Source: an uncultured Alphaproteobacteria bacterium (GTDB taxonomy: Bacteria > Pseudomonadota > Alphaproteobacteria > ATCC43930 > CGMCC-115725). From it: 64,000 nucleotides of DNA. Made by a program: the position numbers and the translations under genes. The stretch is from assembly GCA_963701815.1 (NCBI GenBank), contig CAVPBN010000003.1, forward strand, positions 152,081-216,080. Direction: 5' to 3'. Position 1 is the first letter of the stretch. Each line of letters starts with the position of its first letter. A model generated the notes under the pieces. That model ran no database searches. It was given only the letters and a program-made list of their open reading frames with translations, and had not been told where the DNA came from. Of the stretch, positions 37,327 to 46,927 are shown piece after piece.

Positions 37327-38186
37327 ATGGCGGTCATCGCGGTCATCGCACAGGGAATGATGGGGGCCGGCGTCGGCCGGCGATTGCACGAGAGCGGGGC
37401 GGAAGTGCGCACCCTCCTTTCGGGGCGCAGCCCGGCGAGCGCCGAGCGGGCGCGCGCAGCGGGCATGGTGGCGGCCGCCGACGAGCGGGCGTTGCTCGCC
37501 GGCGCCGATTTCCTTCTGTCGATCCTGCCGCCCGGCGAGGCGGAGCCGCTGGCCCGCCGGCTGGCGCCGGCCCTGGCGGCGCTCGGCCGTAAGCCGGCCT
37601 ATGTCGACTGCAACGCGGTCAGCCCGCAGACCGCAATCCGCATCGCCGCGATCATCGGCCCGACCGGGGCCGATTTCGTCGATGGCGGGATCATCGGCGG
37701 GCCGCCGCGGCCGGGCTACAGCCCGACGATCTACGCTTCGGGTCCGACCGCGAGCCAGACCGCGGTGCTGCGCGATTGGGGGATCGATTGGCGCGTCATC
37801 GACGGCCCGATCGGCGCGGCGTCCGGCCTCAAGATGTCCTATGCCGGGATCACCAAGGGGTCGACCGCGATCGCCGCGGCGATGCTGCTGGGCGCGGCGC
37901 GCTTCGGCTGCGGCGACGCGCTGATCGCCGAACTCTCCGAAAGCCAGCCCGAGATGCTCAAGCGGTTCCGCAACGGCATCCCGCGGATGTACGACAAGGC
38001 CTATCGCTGGGTCGACGAAATGCAGGAAATCTCCGATTTCCTCGAACAGAGCCCGCCGTCGCGCGATATCTACGCGGCGATCGCCCGGCTCTATGCCGAC
38101 CTCGCCGCGGCCGAAGCCGAGCCGACCCGGGCCCGGACAACGCGATCCGCACCCTCGACCACGTCCTCGGCCGGACCGCGGGCTGA
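37327..38186 (+). CDS. NAD(P)-binding 6-phosphogluconate-dehydrogenase-like / DUF1932 oxidoreductase; the C-terminus is probably in another frame (shift near 38110-38135)
   Basis: IAVIAQGMMGAGVGRRL is a Rossmann motif. The DUF1932-like part is KMSYAGITKGSTAI...RWVDEMQEISDF. As given, the frame runs on to 38712, deep into hemC. The alternative frame ends ..DPGPDNAIRTLDHVLGRTAG* at 38186. Confidence 0.6.
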
Positions 38187-38206
38187 GGGGCCACGGCCGG
38201 CCCGAC

Positions 38207-39145
38207 ATGCCGACATGGTCGCCGCCGCTGCGCATCGGCACGCGCGGCAGCCCGATGGCATTGCGCCAGACCGGCATGGTCCGGGATCGGCTGGTCGCCG
38301 CCCATCCCGAACTGGCCCGGGCCGACGCCGTCGAGCTGGTGACGATCCGCACCACCGGCGACCGGGTGCAGGATCGCCGGCTCGCCGAGATCGGCGGCAA
38401 GGGGCTCTTCACCAAGGAGATCGAGGAGGCGTTGCTCGCCGGGCGGATCGACATGGCGGTGCATTCGCTGAAGGACATGGAGACCTGGTTGCCCGACGGG
38501 ATCGAGATCGGCTGCGTGCCGGCGCGCGACGATCCGCGCGACGCGTTTTTGTCGGCCAAGGCGGCCAGCCTCGGGGAATTGCCGCAACGGGCGCGGGTCG
38601 GCACTTCGTCGCTGCGCCGCCAGGCGCAGCTGCTGCGGCATCGTCCCGATCTCGTCGTCGAACCGATCCGCGGCAATGCGGATACCCGGATCCGCAAGCT
38701 CGCCGCCGGTGAGTTCGACGCCATTCTGCTGGCGTTGTGCGGACTAACCCGGCTCGGGCTGGCGGATCGGGCGACCGAAATCCTGTCGCGCGAGGTCATG
38801 CTGCCGGCGGTCGGCCAGGGAGCGCTGGCGATCGAATGCCGCGCCGGGGATGACGGGTTGCGGCAATTGCTCGCCGCGCAGCACGATCCCGCGACCGCCG
38901 CCTGCGTCGATGCCGAGCGCGCGATGCTCGCTGCGCTCGACGGCTCCTGCCGCACTCCGATCGCCGGCTTGGCGGAGCTCGACGGCGAGCGGCTGACGCT
39001 CGAAGGATTGTTGCTGAAGCCGGACGGCACCGGCGAGATTCGCGCCCGCAGCACCGGCGCGATCGGCGACGGTGCGATGATCGGCGCCGAACTCGGCCGC
39101 GAGTTGCGCCGCCGCGCCGGCAGCGCCTACGGGTTCGACACCTGA
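38207..39145 (+). CDS. hemC: Hydroxymethylbilane synthase (porphobilinogen deaminase)
   Basis: 312 aa, LRIGTRGSPMALRQT, GGKGLFTKEIE, HSLKD, and the cofactor-cysteine region LDGSCRTPIAG. Confidence 0.92.
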   Translation: MPTWSPPLRIGTRGSPMALRQTGMVRDRLVAAHPELARADAVELVTIRTTGDRVQDRRLAEIGGKGLFTKEIEEALLAGRIDMAVHSLKDMETWLPDGIEIGCVPARDDPRDAFLSAKAASLGELPQRARVGTSSLRRQAQLLRHRPDLVVEPIRGNADTRIRKLAAGEFDAILLALCGLTRLGLADRATEILSREVMLPAVGQGALAIECRAGDDGLRQLLAAQHDPATAACVDAERAMLAALDGSCRTPIAGLAELDGERLTLEGLLLKPDGTGEIRARSTGAIGDGAMIGAELGRELRRRAGSAYGFDT

Positions 39146-39346
39146 CGGGCGAGCGCGACGAGAGCGGCTTCGCTGCCGTATCATCTGGTTTCGGCTGCAC
39201 GCCGCGAAATCTCTTACCATCGTCGGCCCGTATCGTTAATTAACCTCCCGCGGAGTGAACCTTTCACCCTCGCCGGGGTTCGCCGAGAACGCAGCGCTCT
39301 CGGTTCTTGGCGGATAGACACCGTTTGCGTTGTCCGGGAGAGAGAG

Positions 39347-39502
39347 ATGGGCCTGATCCTGCTGATTGTTCTGATCATCCTGTTGTTCGGCGGCGGCGGC
39401 TTCGGCTATCGTCGCTATGGCTACGGCGGCGGGATCGGCATCGGCGGCATTCTGCTGGTTGTCCTGATCGTCTACCTGCTGTTTGGTTACGGCAGGTTCT
39501 GA
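39347..39502 (+). CDS. DUF3309-like small membrane protein
   Basis: 51 aa, [65 protein letters not shown]. Confidence 0.65.
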   Translation: MGLILLIVLIILLFGGGGFGYRRYGYGGGIGIGGILLVVLIVYLLFGYGRF

Positions 39503-39755
39503 GGGACCGTCGCGCCGGCCCCGCGGCGGCGCGCAACTCGGAGAGACGGAACGACGGCCGGGCAGAGGGGCCGTCGACTACGATCGTTTCTTGTATTTGT
39601 CGTGCGGACAACCCATCTGCGTGCAGTCAACTCTGCGTTTCGGCCTGCGCTTCCCCGCTCGTCTCGAGCCACCGGACCTGCTTTCCGTTCCGTACCGAAG
39701 TTTGACCCGGTGCTCGATCGCGGGCACCGATAGATTCTCTTTGAAAAGGCTTAGA

Positions 39756-39962
39756 ATGGCTACCGGAACTGTAAAGTGGTTCAACACGCAAAAGGGCTAC
39801 GGCTTCATCCAGCCCGACGACGGCTCAAAGGACGTATTCGTCCACATTTCCGCCGTCGAACGGGCGGGCATCGGCAATCTTCACGAGGGCCAAAAGCTCA
39901 CCTACCAGCTGGAGCGCGGCCAGCAGGGCAAAACATCGGCGGTTGCGTTGCAGGCGCAATAG
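39756..39962 (+). CDS. cspA: Cold-shock protein (CspA family)
   Basis: 68 aa, [34 protein letters not shown], containing the RNP1 and RNP2 motifs. Confidence 0.95.
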   Translation: MATGTVKWFNTQKGYGFIQPDDGSKDVFVHISAVERAGIGNLHEGQKLTYQLERGQQGKTSAVALQAQ

Positions 39963-39971
39963 CTCCGTAGA

Positions 39972-40007
39972 TTGCACAGCGCCGCCCTTAAGGGCGGCGC
40001 TGTGCAA
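39972..40007 (+). terminator. Perfect 16-bp stem hairpin after cspA
   Basis: TTGCACAGCGCCGCCC-TTAA-GGGCGGCGCTGTGCAA, 10 nt after the cspA stop. No strong T-run follows it. Confidence 0.6.
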
Positions 40008-40018
40008 TACTGAGAGGG

Positions 40019-40222
40019 TTGATGGCAATGGCGATCCACAAGTTTGCAGTCGGCCAAGCGGTCCATTTTTCGCCGGACCGTTATCAGGAATACACCAAGG
40101 GCGGGCTCTTCAAGATTGTTCGCCTCCTCCCCGAGGCCGGAAACGCGCTGCAGTATCGCGTCAAAAGCCAGACCGACGGCCACGAACGCGTCGTCCGCGA
40201 AGAGCAGCTCGGACGCTCTTAA
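40019..40222 (+). CDS. Small conserved hypothetical protein
   Basis: 67 aa, MMAMAIHKFAVGQAVHFSPDRYQEYTKGGLFKIVRLLPEAGNALQYRVKSQTDGHERVVREEQL. RBS GAGAGGG. The composition is protein-like. Confidence 0.55.
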   Translation: MMAMAIHKFAVGQAVHFSPDRYQEYTKGGLFKIVRLLPEAGNALQYRVKSQTDGHERVVREEQLGRS

Positions 40223-40298
40223 CAAGGTCGATACGACGACAGTCGACAACGGTGCGCGGTCTCGATCTCGGTTGCCTGCCTGAATTGGCGGCAAAGCG

Positions 40299-40907
40299 TC
40301 AGAACGGATCGAGTTCGGTGTCCCAGTAGAGATAGTCGCGCCAGCTTTCGTGCAGATAGTTGGGCGGGAAAGCGCGGCCGTTCTGCTGCAATAGGTAGGT
40401 GGTCGGCTGGATCGGCCGGTGGCGCGGGTACATCCCGCTCTCCCGCGGCAGCCGGTTGCCCTTCAGCAGGTTGCAGCCGCCGCACGCGGTGACGACGTTG
40501 TTCCAGGTGGTGCGACCGCCGCGCGAGCGCGGAATCAAATGATCAAAGGTCAGGTCGTGCGAGGGATACGGCTCGCCGCAATACTGGCACGAAAACCGGT
40601 CGCGCAAAAAGACGTTGAACCGGGTGAACGCCGGGTGCCGCGCCGCCGGCACGTATTCCTTGAGCGAGACGACGCTCGGCAATTGCATTTCCAGCGACGG
40701 GCTGCGAACGCGTACATCATAGTGGTCGATGATGTTGACGCGATCGAGAAACACCGCCTTGATCGCGTCCTGCCAGGACCACAGCGACAAAGGAAAGTAG
40801 CTCAGGGGCCGGAAATCGGCGTTGAGCACCAGAGCCGGGCAGTTGTCCAGGCTTACCGACACCAGAAAACCGTCCTGATCACTATTTCTCGCCGGTCGGC
40901 ATAGCAC
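40299..40907 (-). CDS. HNH endonuclease family protein
   Basis: About 200 aa with CQYCG...HDLTFDHLIPRSRGGRTTWNNVVTACGGCNLLKGN. The start codon is uncertain. Confidence 0.85.
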   Translation of the reverse strand: MLCRPARNSDQDGFLVSVSLDNCPALVLNADFRPLSYFPLSLWSWQDAIKAVFLDRVNIIDHYDVRVRSPSLEMQLPSVVSLKEYVPAARHPAFTRFNVFLRDRFSCQYCGEPYPSHDLTFDHLIPRSRGGRTTWNNVVTACGGCNLLKGNRLPRESGMYPRHRPIQPTTYLLQQNGRAFPPNYLHESWRDYLYWDTELDPF

Positions 40908-40985
40908 GCAATTGCGACGGTTTGATAACGGATCGACCGGCCGCAGACAAGATCTGCCACGGGACGGGCGCGGCGCTCCCCCGGT

Positions 40986-41885
40986 TCAACGCGTCGGCAC
41001 CGGCAATTCGCCGCGGTAGTCGTAGAAGCCGCGGCTGGCCTTGCGGCCGAGCCAGCCGGCTTCGACATATTTGACCAGCAGTGGGCAGGGTCGGTACTTG
41101 CTGTCGGCGAGCCCCTCGTACAGCACCTGCATGACCGACAGGCAGGTGTCGAGACCGATGAAATCGGCGAGTTCCAGCGGACCCATCGGATGGTTGGCGC
41201 CGAGCTTCATTGCGGTGTCGATCGCCTCGACCGAGCCGACGCCTTCGTACAGCACATAGACCGCCTCGTTGACCATCGGCAACAGGATGCGGTTGACGAT
41301 AAAGGCCGGAAAATCCTCGGCCGCGACCGGCGTCTTGCCCAGCTTCAGCGCCAGGTCGCGGGTCAGGGCATAGGTGTTCTCGTCGGTGGCGATGCCGCAA
41401 ATCAGCTCGACCAGGGTCATCACCGGCACCGGGTTCATGAAATGCATGCCGATGAATTGCCCGGGCCGGTCGGTCGAGGAAGCGAGCCGGGTGATCGAGA
41501 TCGACGAGGTATTGGTCGCGATCAACGCGTCGGGCCGCAAATAGGGCGTCAATTGCCGGAAGATCTCGCGTTTGACCTCCTCTTTTTCGGTCGCGGCCTC
41601 GATCACCATGTCGCAATCGCCGAACTGAGCATAGTCGCGGCCGGCGCTGATGCGGGCGAGCGCCGCCGCCTTGTCTTCCTCGCCGATCCGACCGCGGGCG
41701 ACTTGACGCGACAGATTATGATCGATCGCGTCGCAACCGCGCTGCAATGCCTCCTCGCTGATGTCGCTGATCACGACCTCGACCCCGGCGAGCGCGCAGA
41801 CATGGGCTATGCCGGCGCCCATCTGCCCGGCGCCGATGACGCCGACGCGAGACAGACGGTCGAGAGCCACCCCCTGCCCCGTCAC
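40986..41885 (-). CDS. hbd: 3-hydroxybutyryl-CoA dehydrogenase
   Basis: 299 aa with [29 protein letters not shown] and GFYDY. The GTG start overlaps the etfA stop. Confidence 0.9.
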   Translation of the reverse strand: MTGQGVALDRLSRVGVIGAGQMGAGIAHVCALAGVEVVISDISEEALQRGCDAIDHNLSRQVARGRIGEEDKAAALARISAGRDYAQFGDCDMVIEAATEKEEVKREIFRQLTPYLRPDALIATNTSSISITRLASSTDRPGQFIGMHFMNPVPVMTLVELICGIATDENTYALTRDLALKLGKTPVAAEDFPAFIVNRILLPMVNEAVYVLYEGVGSVEAIDTAMKLGANHPMGPLELADFIGLDTCLSVMQVLYEGLADSKYRPCPLLVKYVEAGWLGRKASRGFYDYRGELPVPTR

Positions 41886-42826
41886 CGGCGGCGCTCGAGC
41901 TCGGCGGCGAGCTCGGGCAAGATCTTGAAAAGGTCGCCGACGAGGCCGTAATCGGCCACCTGAAAGATCGGCGCCTCCTCGTCCTTGTTGATGGCGACGA
42001 TGACCTTCGAATCCTTCATCCCGGCGAGATGCTGGATGGCGCCCGAGATGCCGACCGCGATATAGAGTTCGGGCGCCACGATCTTGCCGGTTTGACCGAC
42101 CTGGTAGTCGTTCGGGACAAAACCGGCATCGACCGCGGCGCGCGAGGCGCCGACCGCGGCGCCGAGCTCGTCGGCGACCTTTTCCAACAGCGGAAAATTG
42201 TCGCCGGATTGCATGCCGCGACCGCCCGATATGATGACCCGAGCGCTGGTCAGCTCCGGCCGCTCCGATTTCGACAATTCCGCCCGCACGAATTCGGAGA
42301 GCCCCGCCGCCTCGGTCGGCGCCACCGTCTCGATCGCCGCCGACCCGCCGGCCGCGTCGCCCGGCGGGAATGCGGTGCCGCGCACCGTGATCACCTTGAC
42401 CCTGTCCTTCGATTGCACGGTGGCGAGCGCATTGCCGGCGTAGATCGGCCGCACGAAGGTGTCGGGGGAGACGACAGCGCTGATGTCGGAGATCTGCATC
42501 ACGTCGAGCAGGGCCGCGACCCGGGGCATCAGATTTTTTCCGGCGGTCGTCGCCGGCGCCAGCAGGTGGCTGTAGCCTTCGGCGAGCTTGACCAGCAGCG
42601 GCGCCAGGTTTTCCGCGAGCCCGTGATCATAGGCGTCGCCGTCGGCGAGCAATACCTTGCGCACCCCGGCGATTTTTGCCGCCGCCTCGGCTACGTCGCG
42701 GCAATCTTTGCCGGCCACCAGCACGTCGACATCGCCGCCGGCGATCTCGCCGGCGGCGGCCAGCGCGTTGAGGGTCGCCGGCTTCAACGCCGCATTGTCG
42801 TGTTCGGCGACGACCAAGGCGGTCAT
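41882..42826 (-). CDS. etfA: Electron transfer flavoprotein alpha subunit
   Basis: 314 aa from [11 protein letters not shown] with the C-terminal FAD-binding region [38 protein letters not shown]. Confidence 0.92.
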   Translation of the reverse strand: MTALVVAEHDNAALKPATLNALAAAGEIAGGDVDVLVAGKDCRDVAEAAAKIAGVRKVLLADGDAYDHGLAENLAPLLVKLAEGYSHLLAPATTAGKNLMPRVAALLDVMQISDISAVVSPDTFVRPIYAGNALATVQSKDRVKVITVRGTAFPPGDAAGGSAAIETVAPTEAAGLSEFVRAELSKSERPELTSARVIISGGRGMQSGDNFPLLEKVADELGAAVGASRAAVDAGFVPNDYQVGQTGKIVAPELYIAVGISGAIQHLAGMKDSKVIVAINKDEEAPIFQVADYGLVGDLFKILPELAAELERRR

Positions 42827-43575
42827 CAGATCACCCGCGCCTCGGTTTTGAGCTTGTCGACGAGTTCGGCGACCGAGCCGACCTTGCGCCCGCCCTGGCG
42901 TTTTGGCGGTTCCTCGACCTTGAGCACAACGAGACGCGGCGTGGCGTCGACTCCCAGCTCCTCCGGCGTCGTCGTCGCGATCGGCTTCTTCTTGGCCCTC
43001 ATGATGTTGGGCAGCGAGGCGTAGCGCGGCTCGTTGAGCCGCAGATCGGTGGTGATCACCGCCGGCAGTTTGATCGCGATCGTCTCCAACCCGCCGTCGA
43101 CCTCGCGCGTCACCTCGGCGCTGCCGTCGGCGATCTTGATCTTCGAGGCGAACGTGGCCTGCGGCCAGCCGAGCAGCGCCGACAGCATCTGGCCGGTCTG
43201 GTTGCAATCGTCGTCGATCGCCTGCTTGCCGATGATCACGATCTCCGGATTTTCCTGCAGGATCACCGCCTTGAGCAGCTTGGCGACGGCCAATGGCTGC
43301 AATTCGGCGTCGGTCTGCACCAATACGCCGCGATCGGCGCCCATCGCCAGCGCGGTGCGGATCGTCTCCTGGCACTGTGCGGCGCCGAGCGACACGGCGA
43401 TGACTTCATCGACGATCCCGGCTTCGCGCAGCCGCAGCCCCTCTTCGACGGCGATTTCGTCGAACGGGTTCATCGACATCTTGACGTTGGCGGTCTCGAC
43501 CCCGCTGTGATCCGCCTTGACCCGGATCTTGACGTTGTAGTCGATGACTCGCTTGACCGCGACCAGCGCTTTCAT
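42826..43575 (-). CDS. etfB: Electron transfer flavoprotein beta subunit
   Basis: 249 aa from [19 protein letters not shown]...[11 protein letters not shown]...[16 protein letters not shown]. Confidence 0.92.
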   Translation of the reverse strand: MKALVAVKRVIDYNVKIRVKADHSGVETANVKMSMNPFDEIAVEEGLRLREAGIVDEVIAVSLGAAQCQETIRTALAMGADRGVLVQTDAELQPLAVAKLLKAVILQENPEIVIIGKQAIDDDCNQTGQMLSALLGWPQATFASKIKIADGSAEVTREVDGGLETIAIKLPAVITTDLRLNEPRYASLPNIMRAKKKPIATTTPEELGVDATPRLVVLKVEEPPKRQGGRKVGSVAELVDKLKTEARVI

Positions 43576-43761
43576 GTCGTCCTCGCTTCTGCGGCGACGT
43601 GCTGGGCCCACCGTCCGTGCAGGGGCACAGGCGGCCCAGAACCTGGAGACGATTGTGCACGGGCACGGAACGAAGGCAAGACCTACCTCCGGCGGTGCAG
43701 ACCCGGGCCGACGGACGTCGAGGGCGCCGGCGTCTTCGCGCGGCCGAGCGCGCGAAGCGGC

Positions 43762-44373
43762 TTACGAGCGATGGAACGGCGCGTCGAGGATTGCCCGCTG
43801 TGCCGGCGTCAGCGCCTGGTAGAAATCTTGCAATGCCGGCTTCGCGGTCTGCAGCCCGTCGAGCCGCGCCGCCAGGAATTGCTGCAATCGCTCCATCCGG
43901 TCCAGCAGGTTCGGCGCGGTCGCAGTCTTGAGCCCGGCACAGAGCTGACGCTCCTTCTGCTCCTCGGTCTGCGCGATCGCCTGCAGCTTGTCCCAAAGCG
44001 GACGCTGCGCCGGGGTCAAATCGAGCTTGGTCTCGACATAGGCGCGGCGAGCGGCGCGCCGGGCGAGCCGGTCGATGCAACGTTCCTGCGGGTCGGCTTG
44101 CCTGGTCATCCGGTGGCGCATCATCATCGGCCAGCCATGCGCGTCCCGGCCGCCGGACGGCATCATCGGCATTGCCGCCCCGCCGGCATCGCCCGCCGGC
44201 CCGCTGACGGCGGCGGGCTGGGCGTTCTGCGCGATCACCATTTCGGCCGAGCCGGCAAGGAGCGGGAGGGCAACCACCGCGGTCGCGACAAGGCCGGCAG
44301 CGAGCAATGTCCTTCTCACGAGCAACCTCCGGCTGGTTCCGGGCCTGATCGACGGACCCATTCGACAAAGCAT
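43762..44373 (-). CDS. Periplasmic Spy/CpxP-like (LTxxQ motif) protein
   Basis: It has a signal/TM segment LLAAGLVATAVVALPLLAGSA and two LTPAQR motifs (LDLTPAQRPLWDKL, ALTPAQRAIL). The start codon is uncertain. Confidence 0.65.
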   Translation of the reverse strand: MLCRMGPSIRPGTSRRLLVRRTLLAAGLVATAVVALPLLAGSAEMVIAQNAQPAAVSGPAGDAGGAAMPMMPSGGRDAHGWPMMMRHRMTRQADPQERCIDRLARRAARRAYVETKLDLTPAQRPLWDKLQAIAQTEEQKERQLCAGLKTATAPNLLDRMERLQQFLAARLDGLQTAKPALQDFYQALTPAQRAILDAPFHRS

Positions 44374-44495
44374 ATGCGGGCCGCCTGCGAACGATCCCCG
44401 GGATTTGCCGAGTTACCGGCAGCGGCGCTGGGCTCGGAGCGCGCGAATGTAATCGATTTTGGCTGGATCGCCGTCCTGCGCCCTTCGCACACGTT

Positions 44496-45221
44496 TCAGC
44501 GCGTGGCCTGATCGAGTTCCGGGTAGTGGCGGAAGATGCCTTCCTGATTGAACGCGATCCGGCGGCTCGACGTCAAATACGCGGCGATGCGCGGGCGGGC
44601 GGCCACCCGGTCGTGGAGGGCCGCGACCCGAGGATAATTCGGTTCGAGCGCCGCCATCGCCCGCGGAAACGCGTAGCGCAGCCCGGCGACGATCTGGAAC
44701 AGCGACAAATCCGCATAGGAAAGCCGCGCGCCGACCAGATGGCGGTCGCCGGACGGGTTGCGCGACAGCACCCGTTCGAAATAGCCGAGATATTTCGGCA
44801 TGCGCGATTTGACGAAATCGGCGGCCCGCGCCCGCGCCTGCGGCTTCTGGTCCTCGTAATAGAGGCTGCCGGCGATCGGATGATGGGTGTCGTGGATCTC
44901 GTCGACGAAATCGGCCAGCGTCAATTGCAGCTGATGCGTCCACAGCCGGCCGGCCTCGGCCACCGGGGCCAGCCGGTGCCGAGCGCCCAGATACAGCAGA
45001 ATGTTGGCGGTTTGCCCGATCAGCAGCGGCCCCGCCCGCAGGAAGGGCGGGGCAAAGGGCGGCCGGTCGACCTCCTCGCCGCCGAGCAGGCGCAGCATCC
45101 CGCTCTCGCCGTCCTGCTCGCGGGCGACATCGACGTAATCGGCCGCGGCTTCGGCCAAGGCCAGCCGGACGAACTCGCCGCGCCCCTGAATGCCGGACCA
45201 GTAGTAGAGCTCGTATCGCAT
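44496..45221 (-). CDS. Glutathione S-transferase family protein
   Basis: 241 aa from MRYELYYWSGIQGRGEFVRLAL... with a GST C-terminal domain (LSYADLSLFQ). Confidence 0.8.
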   Translation of the reverse strand: MRYELYYWSGIQGRGEFVRLALAEAAADYVDVAREQDGESGMLRLLGGEEVDRPPFAPPFLRAGPLLIGQTANILLYLGARHRLAPVAEAGRLWTHQLQLTLADFVDEIHDTHHPIAGSLYYEDQKPQARARAADFVKSRMPKYLGYFERVLSRNPSGDRHLVGARLSYADLSLFQIVAGLRYAFPRAMAALEPNYPRVAALHDRVAARPRIAAYLTSSRRIAFNQEGIFRHYPELDQATR

Positions 45222-45276
45222 CCTTACCCGCCTGCGGCCAGGCGCACGCGCCCCGGCATCGGTCCCGTGTACCGGT

Positions 45277-45912
45277 CTAGGCTCGGCGCACGTAGCTCCG
45301 GCAGACGAGGCGCAGGCGATTGCTGATTTGCGCCCGGACATGCTGCGGCATCGGCGTCGACTCGCTGGCGCGCTTCCATTCGGGACTCTCCTGCACCTCG
45401 GGCCGGGTGAGATGATAGAGGGCCACGTAGCGCGGGTCGCCGCTCTTGGCCCGGAAGCGGCGGGCGCAGAGCACCCCGGGCACGCGGGCCAGCGCCGGCA
45501 AATGCTCGGTATCGTACCAGGCGTGGAACGCGGTCTCGACCTCCGGCGCCGGGCTCATCGCCACCAGCAGCAGCCCGCCGGCATCGGCCGGACCGGTCAG
45601 GTCGCCGGGCAGCATTTGCTCGCCCTCGAAGCGCAGCAGACGCCGGCATTTGCCGGTCACCCGCTTCGACCACGGCGACAGGTTTTCGCCGCCGATCGCG
45701 CGATAGGCCGGGCCCGCCAATACCGCCGGATCGGCGAGATCGTAGGTCGCAACCGATTGCTTTGCATCGGCGGCGCCGATCCAGCGCTGCAGCGACAAAA
45801 ACCCCGGTACCCGCTGCCGCTCGGGGATGTGCTCGCGATCGTACCAGTCGTTGAATTCGTCCTCGGCGACATTCGAAAAATCGAGCGCCGCGATCAGCAG
45901 GCCTTTTGCCAT
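45277..45912 (-). CDS. Hypothetical protein made of two tandem dimeric-alpha/beta-barrel-like (DUF4286/EthD-like) repeats
   Basis: 211 aa. Repeat 1 is EDEFNDWYDREHIPERQRVPGFLSLQRW and repeat 2 is ETAFHAWYDTEHLPALARVPGVLCARRF. Confidence 0.6.
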   Translation of the reverse strand: MAKGLLIAALDFSNVAEDEFNDWYDREHIPERQRVPGFLSLQRWIGAADAKQSVATYDLADPAVLAGPAYRAIGGENLSPWSKRVTGKCRRLLRFEGEQMLPGDLTGPADAGGLLLVAMSPAPEVETAFHAWYDTEHLPALARVPGVLCARRFRAKSGDPRYVALYHLTRPEVQESPEWKRASESTPMPQHVRAQISNRLRLVCRSYVRRA

Positions 45913-45993
45913 GGCGGTTCCTCCGATTGGTTCAGTTCAATGCATCCAAGGCCATATCTGCCGGGGTGAGCCTCGACAGCGCCGGCGCCCGGC

Positions 45994-46461
45994 TCAAGGC
46001 GTCATGCCCTTGTCGGCGAGCTCGCGCCGGGCCGCCTCGTTCTTGTCGAGGTCGAACCCCATCGCGCGCAGGACAAAGGGCGCTTTGGTGAACTGGATGT
46101 TGGCGTATTCGACGATTTCGACGCGATTGCCCCACGGATCGAGAAAGTCGAGAAACGGTCCCGGCAGCAATGTTCCGCCGGCGGCCTCGACCCGTGCCCG
46201 CACGCTCGATCGGTCGTCGACGACGAGCCCGAAATGGCGGCGCCCATCCTGGTGCGGCGCCGCCGCCTCGACGATGTTGATGAACTGGTCGCCAAGCTCG
46301 ATAAACGCATTTCCCGGCCGCTTCGCGCGCAGGGTGAAGTCGAAAATCTCGCCGTAAAAGGCGAGCGCCCGGTCGATATCGCCGACCTCGATGGCGACGT
46401 GGTTGATGCCGACGAGCTTGGGCTTCGGCAGCTCGGCATGGCTCGACTGGGTCATCGGCAT
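45994..46461 (-). CDS. VOC (glyoxalase/bleomycin-resistance/dioxygenase) family protein
   Basis: 155 aa, INHVAIEVGDIDRALAFYGEIF.F......HFGLVVDD.....DPWGNRVEIV. Confidence 0.85.
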   Translation of the reverse strand: MPMTQSSHAELPKPKLVGINHVAIEVGDIDRALAFYGEIFDFTLRAKRPGNAFIELGDQFINIVEAAAPHQDGRRHFGLVVDDRSSVRARVEAAGGTLLPGPFLDFLDPWGNRVEIVEYANIQFTKAPFVLRAMGFDLDKNEAARRELADKGMTP

Positions 46462-46624
46462 CCTTCCTCTGGCCGGCTATCGCAACGCCCTCTATAGTAG
46501 GGTTCAAACCTGTCGCGGTCGATGCGAATCCGTCGGCTTTGATCGGCCGCCGCCGATGCGAGCGTGGCGCCGGCGCGGCCGGGAGCCGCCCCCGCTCGGG
46601 CAAAGGCCCGGCAAGGAGAGCCGC

Positions 46625-46885
46625 ATGGATATGATCGCCAAACTGCCCGCGATGTCGGACGATGCGCTGTCCAACTTGCGCACCAATGCCAAGCGGCTGC
46701 AGCTGACCGGCAGCGCCGGCCAGCGTTCCGAGGCCGCGGTCCTGCTGCCGGCGGTCGAAGCCGAAATGAGCGCCCGCCGCGTCGCCCGGGTCAAGGCGAT
46801 CCGCACTGCACCGCCCAAAGCCCGCGCGGCCGCCGATCGGCCGGCCCGAGCGTCGCGGCGCGCCGTGCGCGCCGACGAGTGCTGA
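46625..46885 (+). CDS. Small hypothetical protein
   Basis: 86 aa from MDMIAKLPAMSDDALSNLRTNAKRL. RBS AAGGAGAG. No family is recognised. Confidence 0.4.
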   Translation: MDMIAKLPAMSDDALSNLRTNAKRLQLTGSAGQRSEAAVLLPAVEAEMSARRVARVKAIRTAPPKARAAADRPARASRRAVRADEC

Positions 46886-46927
46886 GAACCGACGGGCCGT
46901 CGCCGAGAGCCGACCGGGAGAAATGGA

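Noticed and set aside
34889-39054. Minus-strand ORFs of 580 aa (34889-36631) and 589 aa (37285-39054)
   Set aside because: They are antisense to cysI and to the DUF1932/hemC genes respectively. They are Arg/Ala/Gly-rich with no motifs.
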